Of a DNA stretch of 26,042 nucleotides, positions 11,399-21,663 are shown piece by piece. Within the stretch, counting starts at the first letter, position 1. Every line of letters begins with the position of its first letter. The stretch spans positions 1,211,128-1,237,169 of the forward strand of contig JAKMXF010000310.1 of the NCBI GenBank assembly GCA_024704765.1. The letters run 5' to 3'. Source of the stretch: Oopsacas minuta (Eukaryota > Animalia > Porifera). The notes below the pieces were generated by a model, which saw only the letters and a program-made list of their open reading frames with translations, did no database searches and was not told the DNA's origin. The position numbers and the translations under genes are program-made.

Positions 11399-12007
11399 AA
11401 TGAGAGCGATTGGTAAGATATTATCATAATTAGTCAACATTTTTTTATTATTTGTACTTATAACTAAAGATGATAATATACGTAAATGGATAAAATATTT
11501 TTGCAGGGCGTCACTCAAATGACATTGACTTTATTTACCTCAGTTTAGATACAACGCTATTATGTTTCAAAATATATGAGATATAATTTAATTACATAAA
11601 TACATTTATTGATGTCATAATACAATTCAGAGTGACGTCAAGAAATAGTATCTAAATATAGTTGGCATGTAATTCGGCTATAGTTCTATGCTGCGGGTAT
11701 TACAACATGTGGATATGATAATCAATGCATATTGATTATAATTTCATAGAAAAGTAGAATATATTATAAGTTAAGTGTCCTCTTTACCTCACTAAATATT
11801 TTTCTTAGAATTGTTCGAATTCTCAGAATTATTCTAAGAATTAGTCTAATCCTAAGAATTTGACTTAAAGTTAAGCAAAATTCTAAGAATTTGACTTAAG
11901 AATTTTAATTAATAAGGCCCCAGGCACGTAGATACAAGGGGGTAGTCGCCCCCCAAATTTTTTTCTTCCCCGCCCCAGATAAATTTGAAAGTTTTCGTTT
12001 TTATATA

Positions 12008-12148
12008 CAGTGTAGTTAGCTTATTAGCAATATTGATCTATTAGCAACCAGCTTTCGGGTCCCAAACGGGATTATAATGTTAATTTCGTTGCCCTATTAG
12101 CAACCAAATTTCTTCAAAATCTGAGTTGCTAATACGCGAACTCCACTG
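12008..12148. mobile_element. 141-bp MITE inserted in the hAT derivative
   Basis: TA|CAGTGTAGTTAGCTTATTAGCAA ... TTGCTAATACGCGAACTCCACTG|TA: 23-bp imperfect TIR with TA TSD; internal TATTAGCAAC repeats. Confidence 0.85.
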
Positions 12149-12414
12149 TAGTTAATAGCCTATGTACTTCAACTGCATCGTCAAAACTATGAAATTAATA
12201 CCTCGCGTTCGATGATAGTTTTAATACTAGACAAGAAGTAACGCTCATTGATAGTAAACTCGTTCTATTTTGATAGGTACTGAATTTCTACTATAATTTT
12301 AATTGAATTACCACAGACCGCTAGTAATTGTTGTCAGAAGTTAGACTGTCCATAGAAGTGATTGAAGCATTGTTGATGCTCTTAGTGTTTCAGTTTTCAA
12401 AGCTTGTTTTATAC

Positions 12415-12552
12415 CAAATTCTTGTGACTATCCCTCAGACATCTTGTAAGGTTGAGCGAATGTTCTCATCTGTTAAGAGAATAAAAACTAGTTTGCGCTC
12501 ACAAATGACCACTGTGTGTCTCAACCATATTGCCCTGTTATCTATTGAATAG
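12415..12552 (+). pseudogene. hAT transposase C-terminal dimerisation-domain remnant
   Basis: ILVTIPQTSCKVERMFSSVKRIKTSLRSQMTTVCLNHIALLSIE matches the T.P.TS...ER.FS..K.IK..LRS.M....L..LALLSIE signature. Confidence 0.88.
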
Positions 12553-13039
12553 ATATTGCAGAAACACTTTGCTATGATGATGTGATTGAACATTTTAAAT
12601 AGATGAAGCACCACTGCTTTCTTTTGTAATGCCAAATGGTATCCCTGAATTGAGTTTAGTATCTTAATAAATGCTCTTACTATATGGCATTCTATATAAT
12701 GTAGACTAGTCTAGTGCTCCCTAGGTTAGTAATCTGGCACTTGATGAATTAACAAGGTTATACATGTAAGAAAAGGAGACTGGGTCGTACTTGTTATACA
12801 CAAGTAAGTAACTTTTCAAAAATATTTATCCCTGGAATTGCCCTCCCGAAATACTTCTTGCCCCCCTGAATACCTTGCTCTAGCTACGTGCCTAATCTTA
12901 TCCCAGAAAAATAGGCATAACCTAAGCTAAATTGAATCTTATACGCCTAAATAATGAATGTAAGGTCTTGTATTCCCAAAAATATCTTTTTGCAGTTCTT
13001 TTCGGATTTTACTAAAATTTGGATCTGTTTGTCCTTTAA

Positions 13040-13350
13040 CTGAATACAGTCGGGAAAATGTGTCATTTTATGACATCAAAGCGGTGCTGAAATCTCAATT
13101 TGGGTGTGGGAATTGGATAAAACGAAATCGTAAAATTATTGTGTTCCTTTTTGTTACCAACGTATTTCTTCGGCCGTAATCGGTTAAATGTAATTTGGAT
13201 GGACTATGGATAATAAATTTTAAAATTTTATACTCTCGTGGCACGAAGTACCGAGTATTCCCTGTCTCGTAGCGACCGAATGCACTAAGAAATTTCGCTG
13301 TTAGATCATTAAGCTAACCTGAGGCACGAATCTGTCGCACAGCGACCGAG
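13040..13350 (+). repeat. Dispersed repeat family, copy in the intron just upstream of the CNG exon
   Basis: Body motifs AATGTGTCA and TTTGGATG..ATGGGATAAT, then ATACTC..GAGTAT inverted repeat, GTCTCGTAGCGAC, core AGCTAACCTGAGGCAC (13312-13327) and GTCGC-ACA-GCGAC (13334-13346). Left edge approximate. Confidence 0.65.
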
Positions 13351-13398
13351 TAAGCCTAAGCCCGATTAAGCCCCCTCGTACCTATTAATCATGTATAA

Positions 13399-13413
13399 TT
13401 TTCCTATTTTTAG
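13399..13413 (+). promoter_or_regulatory. Predicted 3' splice acceptor of the CNG coding exon
   Basis: Polypyrimidine tract TTTTCCTATTTTTAG. The frame opens just after an in-frame TAA at 13386 and continues into the channel ORF with no ATG before S1; exon phase 1. Confidence 0.6.
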
Positions 13414-15090
13414 TTGAAGACCCAGATTTTGGCCGGCAAGATAATCTACTATCTCAAACTCGATTGGAATCTTTATTGAACCTTTTGAAACATTTTGAGA
13501 TTCAGTTTGCATTTAATCCTCATGAATCTGGGATCTTATATTGGTTGTTCTTATTATCAATCATTTACCTCTATAATGTAATTTTTATTCCTCTTAGGCT
13601 TGTGTATCCTTACATTCAAGAGCGTTATTGGGTTTATTTCCTCCATATTGATTTTCTAGCAGATTTCTACTATTTCTTGGATTTGCTGGTACAAGTGAGA
13701 ACTGGATATCTTGATCAAGGATATTTGGTGACTTCTATATTTTCTCTCACAAAACAATACATTTTTGTCGATAAAAGTTTTTTTGTAGATATTTTCTCAG
13801 TTTTACCACTAGATTATATACTCTTAATTCATTCGCACTCTTTGCCGTACTTTAACATTATTATTGGTTTGAGAGTTTTACGTTTTCTAAAATTTTATCG
13901 AATTCGTTTATTTTTTAAACGATTAGAAGCTCGTAGTGATAATCCTTCAATGGTTGAAATTTTTTCTTTATTTGTTACACTTGTTAACTGGATCCATATA
14001 GTTGCATGTTTGTATTTTGGATTATCTCTTATTATTGGATTTGGGAATGACAATTGGGTTTATCCAGGATATCATACAGTATTTAATGTGTATAACTATA
14101 TATATAATGCCTCCTTTCCTGCTGGCGATGTATTCCAACAATATTGCCATAGTTTACATTGGGGTACTCAGATTGTAACTACTATTGGTGAAGTACCTAG
14201 CCCATTTACTACCTTTGAACATACTATTGTGATTTTCCTTTTATTATGTGGAATTTATCTCTATGCTACCCTAATTGGTGAAGTAGGAAATACTATACAG
14301 ACACTGAATGTAAATCGCACTAGATTTACTACTCGACTTGATAATATCAAACAATACATGTCTAAATTTTTTGATAGAATCTAACCTACAATATATGGTT
14401 GTAAAACTGTTTGATCATCAGTGGATATCAAAGAGTGGAGTAGACGAGTATGAAATCCTCGAAAATCTACCGAAAAAGCTTCGTGCCCAAATTGCATTTT
14501 CTGCTAACAGACATTTACTTGAAAACAACTTCTTGTTTCGGGGTCAACCTTTGAGTTATCAAATCGAACTGATCCTTCATATGAAAACCCAGACTCTTCT
14601 CCCAGAAGAATACATTTATATAGAAGGACACGTAGGAAATGACATGTATATTATTCGAGAAGGCCTGGTTCAACTAATTAAGAAGAATACAGAAACAGGT
14701 TGTGATGAATATATAGAGTTAAATAAAGGCAATTTCTTTGGGCAAGCTAGTGTTATAAACTTTGATTACATTGGCAGGAGGCGAGAGGAGACTGCTAAAT
14801 CAAAAGGCTTTTGTAGTATATGGGTCCTCGAAAAGCGTATACTATTAGAAGTTTTACTTGACTACCCTATTGTAATGGACTATCTTAGAAATGAATTTTA
14901 TCAATCCTATTTTCACCCGCAAATTGATAAGAGTCGTATAATTTCAAATGGATTATATAATCTAGAAGAAATTTACCATCAAATAGATACTATAGATCAA
15001 TATCGAAAAGAAATTTTGTTTCATTTTCATAATATCCAAGAGGAACAGATTTTTATTGATTATGTAATTGGAAATGTCGAGACTGAGTAA
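13414..15090 (+). CDS. Cyclic nucleotide-gated (CNG) cation channel subunit-like, large terminal exon (S1-S6, pore, C-linker, CNBD); one +1 frame break at about 14367-14373; 5' exon not found
   Basis: S1 YWLFLLSIIYLYN; VQVRTGYLDQGYLV; S4 LRVLRFLKFYRIRLFFKRLE; pore HWGTQIVTTIGEVPSP; S6 YATLIGEVG; C-linker IKQYM..FDHQW..DEYEILENLPKKLRAQIA; CNBD LPEEYIYIEGHVGNDMYIIREG..GNFFGQ..RRREETAKSKGF. ORFs 13464-14384 and 14338-15090 join at canonical spacing if one T is removed from TTTTTT. Confidence 0.9.
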
Positions 15091-15971
15091 TATGTTGAAT
15101 GATTATGCCTTGAATTGCTACAATCAGTGTATTGGGTTTCACTAACTATTTTATTCGAGTTTCATTTTGAGCAATATATTTTATTTTAAAGTAATACAAT
15201 TATTTATAGTTGTTAACCGTTACCTTGGAAATTAGTCCTTCATCAGGATTCCCATGTCAGTGGCAAGAGTATACACCTTTGTATCTACAATTTGAGAACA
15301 TTAATTAATAGAATTGTGGAATTAAAGCTTAGATTGTTCACATTCAACAAATTTTAATTGGTTCTTGAACTACAGTTGATGTTTTTTCTCTGCTGTTGAT
15401 AATTATCCAGGAAGTCCCTAAACATCAATCATGTTTGAAAAATATGACCAATGGAAATGTTGTATCAAATTCTGAGTTTTTAGTCTAGAAATCAATGGGA
15501 AATTGAGAATAGTTCTGAAACCGATTCCATACATACAAAATTAATTTTGTCGATCTATATTTCATACCTTTTTTCAACCGTAAAATTTTTTCTCACCCTA
15601 AGTTATCAAGTGTTGATGTTTAGAAAGTATCATCTACAGATGGAAAGTTCGTGTTCTTTTTCCTATTCGCGTGTTAATTTTCTCAATAACAAAAGGATTA
15701 TTGACTTTTGAACTTCCTCAAGAATGCTAACATAATCGGGAAAATCATAGATGTTATAATTTAATTAATTTCCATGCTCACAGACATCGCAACTATAGAA
15801 ATTTCACTTGTTATAACTATGGATTACTTCTAGTTTATTAATGTTGATAGGCATTCCTTAATATTCGCGAAATTTCAAATTGGTATATTTTGGCTAGAAT
15901 AAATGTATTAATGATAGAGAATAATCAACATCAGTCATCTGATCCTACTATTCCCAATTTGAGAACTACTG

Positions 15972-16075
15972 CACTGTTTTTATGCCAAATATTTATTGTA
16001 GAAATCATACCTAATAGAAGTTAAATCACCAAAATTGTAGATTGAATGTATAACACGGATTTTATAATACATAGT
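15972..16075. repeat. Inverted homologue of 1420-1525
   Basis: Reverse complement contains TTCAATCTACAATTTTGGTGA and TGATTTCTACAATAAATATT, collinear with 1451-1510; it ends about 10 bp before the DD41D insertion at 16086. Confidence 0.65.
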
Positions 16076-16085
16076 ATACCTACTA

Positions 16086-17443
16086 CCGGGTGGGCCAAAA
16101 AAAAACAACCCTAGGTGATTTTGGGTCACTCTGCTTATGCCTTTGTACTAATCAAATAATATATTAGGATATGGTAGATACCTCTCTTAGGAGCTGTAAT
16201 GGAAAGCAGTGGAGCACAGAGAAGCGGATATACTGTGTCAAGCTCTACTACAAGTTACATTCTTGCAATGCTGTACAGACCAAATTTTCGCAAGATTTTA
16301 AGCAGCCAAAAAGCACCCAGCAAATCCATTATCTTCGGATGGATCAAGAAATTTTAACAGGAGGGCACTGTTAAGTACCTCAAATCTAAAATAGATAGTC
16401 GTTTGAGCCACTCAGGGAGGTAGAAGATCCGTAGGGATGAAGTTATCGGAGCCGTTCGTCAGTCGATTCTTCACTCCCAAAGAGGTCGACAAGAAAGAGA
16501 TGTCAATTGGTTGGCTGATCACGCACTACACTTCGCAGGGTTCTTCATGATTACTTAAGACTATATGCATACCGTATACAGATATACCAGAAACTCGCAA
16601 ATGCCGACAAGGTGAAGAGAGTTGAAATGGCTAAGTAGTTACTTGCTAAGATTGAGACATCAAAGACCTTCTTGGAACATCTTTGGACAACGGACGAAGC
16701 TCATTTTCATCTTGATGGCCAGGTGAATTCTAGGAACAACGCCTACTGGGGTTCAGAACGACCAGTAGAAGTGACAGAAAAACCTCTACATTCTCAGAAT
16801 GTCACAGTTTGGATTGCATTCTCAATGAAAGGGGTAGTTGGTCCGCTGTTCTTCGAGGAGCAAGAAAAGACTGTGACGATTAACACCGACAGTTACCTTA
16901 AGATCCTGGAAGTCTTCTGGAAGGAACTGAAGAGAACTATAGAGGATACCTGCCCAAATTCTGGTTCTAACAGGATGGAGCAACCACCCATACCTCCAAC
17001 AAAAGCCTGGATTGGATCAAGAACCACTTCGGAAGCCGAGTGATCAGTCGCAGGCGTGACCATGAGTGAGCACCCTACTCTCCGGATCTCAGTCCTCCAG
17101 ACTATTACCTCTGGGGGTTCTTGAAAGACAGGGTATATACTACAAAGCTAAGGACACTCAGAGAACTCAAGAAAAAGATCCAGGAGGAGATGAGAAGCAT
17201 CTCATGGACAACTTGCAAATCAGTGATGCAGAACTTTGTTTTACGACTGGTAAATGCACAAAATCTAAATTGATGCCATCTCGAACATGTTCTATAGATC
17301 AAGAACCACTTGAACTAGGATAGTGTTAACTTGCCTTTTTGATTTAAATACTTGGAGTAGATAATATTTAAGTCTTAATTCTCTACCCTTGAAGAAATTA
17401 GAGAAATAAATTTAGTACGGGTTCTGTTTTTTGGCCCAACCGA
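16086..17443 (+). mobile_element. Tc1/mariner-superfamily DD41D (rosa/Visitor-type) transposon, defective
   Basis: TIRs CCGGGTGGGCCAAAAAA / TTTTTTGGCCCAACCGA; TA TSD (16084-85, 17444-45); 1358 bp. Confidence 0.9.
16199..17297 (+). pseudogene. DD41D transposase pseudogene
   Basis: WSTEKRIYCVKLYY, LWTTDEAHFHLDGQVNSRNNAYWG, PLHSQNVTVW, GPLFFE, QDGATTH...APYSPDLSPPDYYLWGFLKDRVY, HLEHVL*. I count 41 codons between the 2nd and 3rd Asp; several stops and frameshifts. Confidence 0.92.
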
Positions 17444-18289
17444 TATATTCATTTATCTTTGAAAAGAACGATAAAATACCATTATTTGTTATGTTTGGAT
17501 AACTACAATTATGATATCCCTATTTGTATTGTCTTACGTTTATATTTCTCCTTCATACGCTTGTATTGTCACAATGCAACAAAAACTAAATATCTAGATT
17601 AATAAATTCATTAGTATTCTCTATTAATGTTTACAAGGTATGTTATTGTTGTAAATAGATATTGCTGACTTGGAAATTTTTCAACAGTTCTTTGCTTGGT
17701 TCATAAAGCATGGCCCAATATCATTAAGCTTACCCTCACTAAACTCAAAAGGGCACCATCATACTTTATGTGTCTTACTTTGCTTAACAAAGCTAAAAAT
17801 TCGTAACTTTAGTAAAAATATACATGAATATCATAAAATCTAAAAATAGAAAATATTTCCAAAAAAAATGGGAGTTTGAAATTTTGGCGGGAGAGCTGGA
17901 GGAGGAGGGTAATTTACAATCATAGATACAAGTTATATGTGTTAGCATTTGAATAATTCTGTAAGATAGGAACTATTAATTAATTTTTGCTATCAAATAC
18001 ACATTTTTGAGCTGAAAATCTAATAATACATTATTTTCCATATTGGTAAACTCTCACACTTATAGTTCGAGACTTTTTGATATTTCAGAGAGTTCTTGAT
18101 ATATCACATAATCTAGTTTGTTACTGATTTATCACTTTCCACACACAACACTTATTAAGTTTATATTTTCTATTACCTATTAGTTCCAAAAATTATTGAA
18201 CTATATATTGCATGTATTTAATCCATTGTTATGCAATATGTGGTAATACTGCAGGTCTTACGTGGCTTTAGTTTGTGATCATGACTTTG

Positions 18290-18505
18290 GGACACTTGTT
18301 ACATTATGGGTTTCTATGATTGAAATTTAAAACTTTTATCATGTATATTGACTGAGCAGTGGCAAATAATCTGATTTTTCGAAAATCCAAATGGCGACAA
18401 TGACCTTTTTGGATGCTGTCGAAGACTCGAACATGTCCAAACTAGGCCAAAATACCACTGTATGCCAAAAATAAGCCTGGGGTATTCCAGTTTCATCAAC
18501 CATTT
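18290..18505 (-). repeat. Dispersed repeat family, partial body copy in reverse orientation
   Basis: Reverse complement GAAACTGGAATACC..GTGGTATTTTGGCC..GAGTCTT..TGGATTTTCG..ATTATTTGCCACTGCTC..CAATA.ACATGAT aligns with 600-800. This explains the shared YLPLL in ORFs 573-770 and 18339-18542. Confidence 0.75.
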
Positions 18506-18679
18506 CTGGACATACAAACAAATTATATACATATGTATACACATGTACATACAGATTAATTGCTAACTATAATATTATAAGCAAAGATTTATGGAATTTG
18601 AAGGGTTACCCCTTCTTGTAGATAAGTGTATCCACTGGTTTGTCCCTAATTAAATTAGCCTCTTTAAAACTAAGCTATA

Positions 18680-18877
18680 TTAGGGTTGCCACCCTTTCCT
18701 TTCCTCTTTCTGTGTTTTCGTTTTTTTTCTCGGACTGCTCCGTGACATCTTTAGTGTCACTATCACCATCAGATAGCTTGTGGTAAGGTCTGGAATACCT
18801 TCATCATCAGAGCCCAAGTCAAGTAAATCATTATCAGTGATATTAACTTCTAATTGTCGCTTATCAGGTTTTGTCAT
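18680..18877 (-). other. Short acidic ORF fragment of unknown origin (possible 5' end of a gene or transposase)
   Basis: MTKPDKRQLEVNITDNDLLDLGSDDEGIPDL, continuing after a frameshift as SDGDSDTKDVTEQSEKK; a TATA-like TATATAAATA lies about 45 bp upstream on the minus strand. Confidence 0.25.
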
Positions 18878-19006
18878 GTTGATTATTGTTTGTGATATTT
18901 TTGAAAAATAACAATGGTATTTATATACTCTTGGCTAAACCTTAATAGTGATTTATTAATTCAAGAGTACAACTATAGTATTTAACCGGAAGGTGATTCC
19001 CTTTTA

Positions 19007-21056
19007 CAGTAATCTCCCGCAGAGTACGCAACTTGATCCGCAGTGGCGAGTGTGTACTTGTCTGGTAGGTGCGTACTTAGCAAAATTAGCACAATTTTCC
19101 GTCCTATTTTACTTAACAATAGAAATAACAGTACTTGAAAATAGGTATTGTTTGTTAAGCAATTACAGCATGTCACTAGCGATAGAAAATTTTTTAGGTT
19201 CATTATTGTACAGTACAGTTTTTTTTTCTGATTGCATAATGTCAGGAAAAGGCAAAGGCAAGCGTTTGAATGAATCACAAAGATCGAACGTCATTGCCAA
19301 GTTCAGTGAGCCAACTCCTCCAAGTAAGCGAAGTCTTGCACGAGAGTACGAAGTCAGTAAAGGCGCTATCCGAAAGGTTTGGAAGAACAGAGAAGTTATT
19401 CGAAAACGTTCTGCTTTGTTGTCCGAGCAGACTAAAACAAAAAGTTTCGAGGTTCTGTTTGTCGGTTTTCGGACCTGGAAGACATGTTATACCTTTGGAT
19501 TGATGGCATGCGCCGTGCTAACCTGCCTGTTCCACCCTCTCTGGCCATCGCAAAAGCAAAGCAAATCGCTGAACAGTTATCGATTTCGGAAGGATGATTT
19601 TAAAACATCATGGCAGTGGCTTAGCCGATTTAGAGAACGTTGAGGACTTCAGAAACTTCTACTTCATGGTAAAGGAGCAGAAGTAGACAAACAGGACCCG
19701 GAACTTTTAGCTGCGTTGAACAGCTTGTATGATATAATCGCGCAGTATGAACCAGAATGTGTTTACAACATGGATGAACAGGATTATGTTTTCGGCTGCT
19801 ACCCAGATATACTCTGCTTATGCCGTTTCAAGATGTCAGCAGCACCGAGGAAAAAGAAAGCTAAATACGATTGTCGCTGGTTGTTTGTGCGAATGCCACA
19901 GGAACGCATAAAATTTCATGCACATTGATCGGGAAACCAAAATCTCCGGCCTGTATAAAGAATCGGGACTGGCCGTTAAAGTACTTTAGCCAGGGCAAAG
20001 CGTGGATGGACGTTAATACGTGTTGGAAGTGGTTTAATGAAGTGTTTGGTCCTGAAGTGAAAAAAGAGAACAGGACGCCGGGTTCTGTTGTTAATGGACA
20101 AAGCTCCAGGCCATTTTCAAGCTTTTGAACGGAATAACGTCAGAGTAGTATTCTTCCCTCCAAATTGTACGAGCTGGAAACAACCATGTGATATGGGAAT
20201 CATCGCAGCACTGAAAAAGAGGTATAAATATTTGTATCTCCAGGACGTTCTTGATTTTTACGATCTTGATGAGGACTTGAAAGCCCGAAAAGAAGAGCAA
20301 GCGAAAAGGCTCCCTAGAGGAGCTGCTGGTGTTGTTTATAGTAAACCTGCTCATCTGCTAGATGCCGCTTTTTATGTTAAGCGTGCATGGGATTTAGTAT
20401 CTGACACGTCAATAATCAACTCATTCATCAAGGCTGAGTTAGGCTCTTTAACATCATTGCAAGGTAGCTATGATGAGGATGTCGACGCGATGTCTGATGT
20501 TCTGCTAAGATTCAGGTCTTTAAATATTGTGATTGAAGAAGATGAACTCAATGAATTCATGCATGTCGACGACGAAAACAACGAAGAATATTCGCAGGCG
20601 ATGTTAGACGATGTTAATGAGGTGTTGGCTACAATGCATACAGAAAATGATGACTCTGACGACGATAGTGATGACCAAAGCAACGCTTCTGCACCAATCG
20701 AGAATGAAGTGACATTCAACGGCTTTGAACAACTTCACCGTAAAGTACTCGAAGTTGAGGACCAGTTGTTGTGCACCGATGTGCAAGCTCAAGCGGGAGA
20801 TACTTATGGTGATCTAAAAGACACCTTCGAAAATTTTCAGCGTAAACTGCGACAAGTGGCATCTGAAGCTAAACGCAAAAAGAGCACAAAACATACGTCA
20901 GCTGACGATGCATGATATGTTTAAACAATGAGTAACTTTAGCAAAGCGGACTTTTTAGTTTTTGATGGGCATTTTATATGTTTTTCAATAAATTGTTGAG
21001 AGAGTTGAACACAGAATTTTTGACAAATTTTTGCGTACTTAAGCGGGAGGTTACTG
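19007..21056 (+). mobile_element. pogo/Tigger transposon (DD30D), defective
   Basis: TIRs CAGTAATCTCCCGCAGAGTACGCAA / TTGCGTACTTAAGCGGGAGGTTACTG; TA TSD (19005-06, 21057-58); 2050 bp. Confidence 0.93.
19239..20931 (+). pseudogene. pogo/Tigger (TIGD/CENP-B-like) transposase pseudogene
   Basis: psq-type HTH (KRLNESQR..SKRSLAREYEVSKGAIRKVWK), CENP-B HTH (LEDMLYLWI..SWQWLSRFRER), VYNMDE, VVCANATG.HK...IGKPKSP, SQGKAWM, LLMDKAPGH..FFPPNCTSWKQPCDMGII (30 residues between the Asp), acidic tail, RQLTMHDMFKQ*; several frameshifts. Confidence 0.93.
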
Positions 21057-21663
21057 TAATCGACACTAGGGGTTATTTGATGTCATAGAGCTCGTGGAAT
21101 AATAGACAAAGAACTTTAGAACACTAAAATCGGACTAAATTTGACAAAGTTATAGTCATTTTACTATATAAGCCAAAGTCTATAGGGATATATTGCAATA
21201 ACTGAATGAAGCCAATTTATACGCTATGTGTTGTTTGTATTCACTTTGCTTATGCATACTATTCTCTCACGTTCAGCATTACTATGTGTTTGTATTTATG
21301 TTATTTCCTATAATGTTTTACAAATGAGAGGTCATGAAACTATCTAAACAAAGTTATGATTAATGAAGCCACTTTTAGAATACAAATGAAGTCTAATATT
21401 CTAAATACAGCTATTCATATGATAGCAAAGTAGTGTGTGATTACCCAACATTGTAATAGGAATGCAACATTTTTAATAGTGAAACAAATATGTAGTATTA
21501 ATGAAAACAACAAAATGCTGTTGTCAGTAATGTGGTTATTTCAAATTAAGATGCCACAAAATTGTGGCATTTTTTCTAGCAATTGTGTTACGTCGATGGT
21601 CCGACTGGTATATAGTAAGTCATTGTTGCACATATAATATTCTACGTATTGATCTTACAACTA

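Larger units (their letters stand above)
9151..11920 (+). mobile_element. PIF/Harbinger transposon with convergent DDE nuclease and Myb/SANT genes, defective
   Basis: TIRs GGGCCTTATAACTAAAATT / AATTTTAATTAATAAGGCCC; 3-bp TSD CAG (9148-50, 11921-23); subterminal TTCTWAGAA palindromes at both ends; 2770 bp. Confidence 0.95.
9148..12894 (+). mobile_element. hAT-superfamily internal-deletion derivative (~0.97 kb) split by a Harbinger insertion in its left TIR
   Basis: 8-bp TSD ATCTTATC at 9140-9147 and 12895-12902. TIR CAGGCACGTAG (CAG at 9148-50 plus 11921-11931) versus CTACGTGCCTA (12884-12894). Carries a hAT dimerisation-domain remnant. Confidence 0.88.

Noticed and set aside
12954-12965. ATG AAT|GTAAGG as the missing CNG first exon
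   Set aside because: Phase 0 donor; splicing to the phase 1 acceptor at 13414 gives an out-of-frame product that soon stops.
14355-14390. Programmed ribosomal frameshift in the CNG gene
   Set aside because: The shift needed is +1, no stimulatory structure or adjacent stop codon is evident, and a homopolymer error or mutation is simpler.
18681-18691. TAGGGTTGCCA as a hAT-type TIR start
   Set aside because: No inverted partner or TSD found in the window.
20091-20792. Antisense ORFs over the pogo transposase (likewise 5344-5637, 5849-6067, 17105-17302, 21940-22288)
   Set aside because: Shadow frames of decayed transposase coding sequence.
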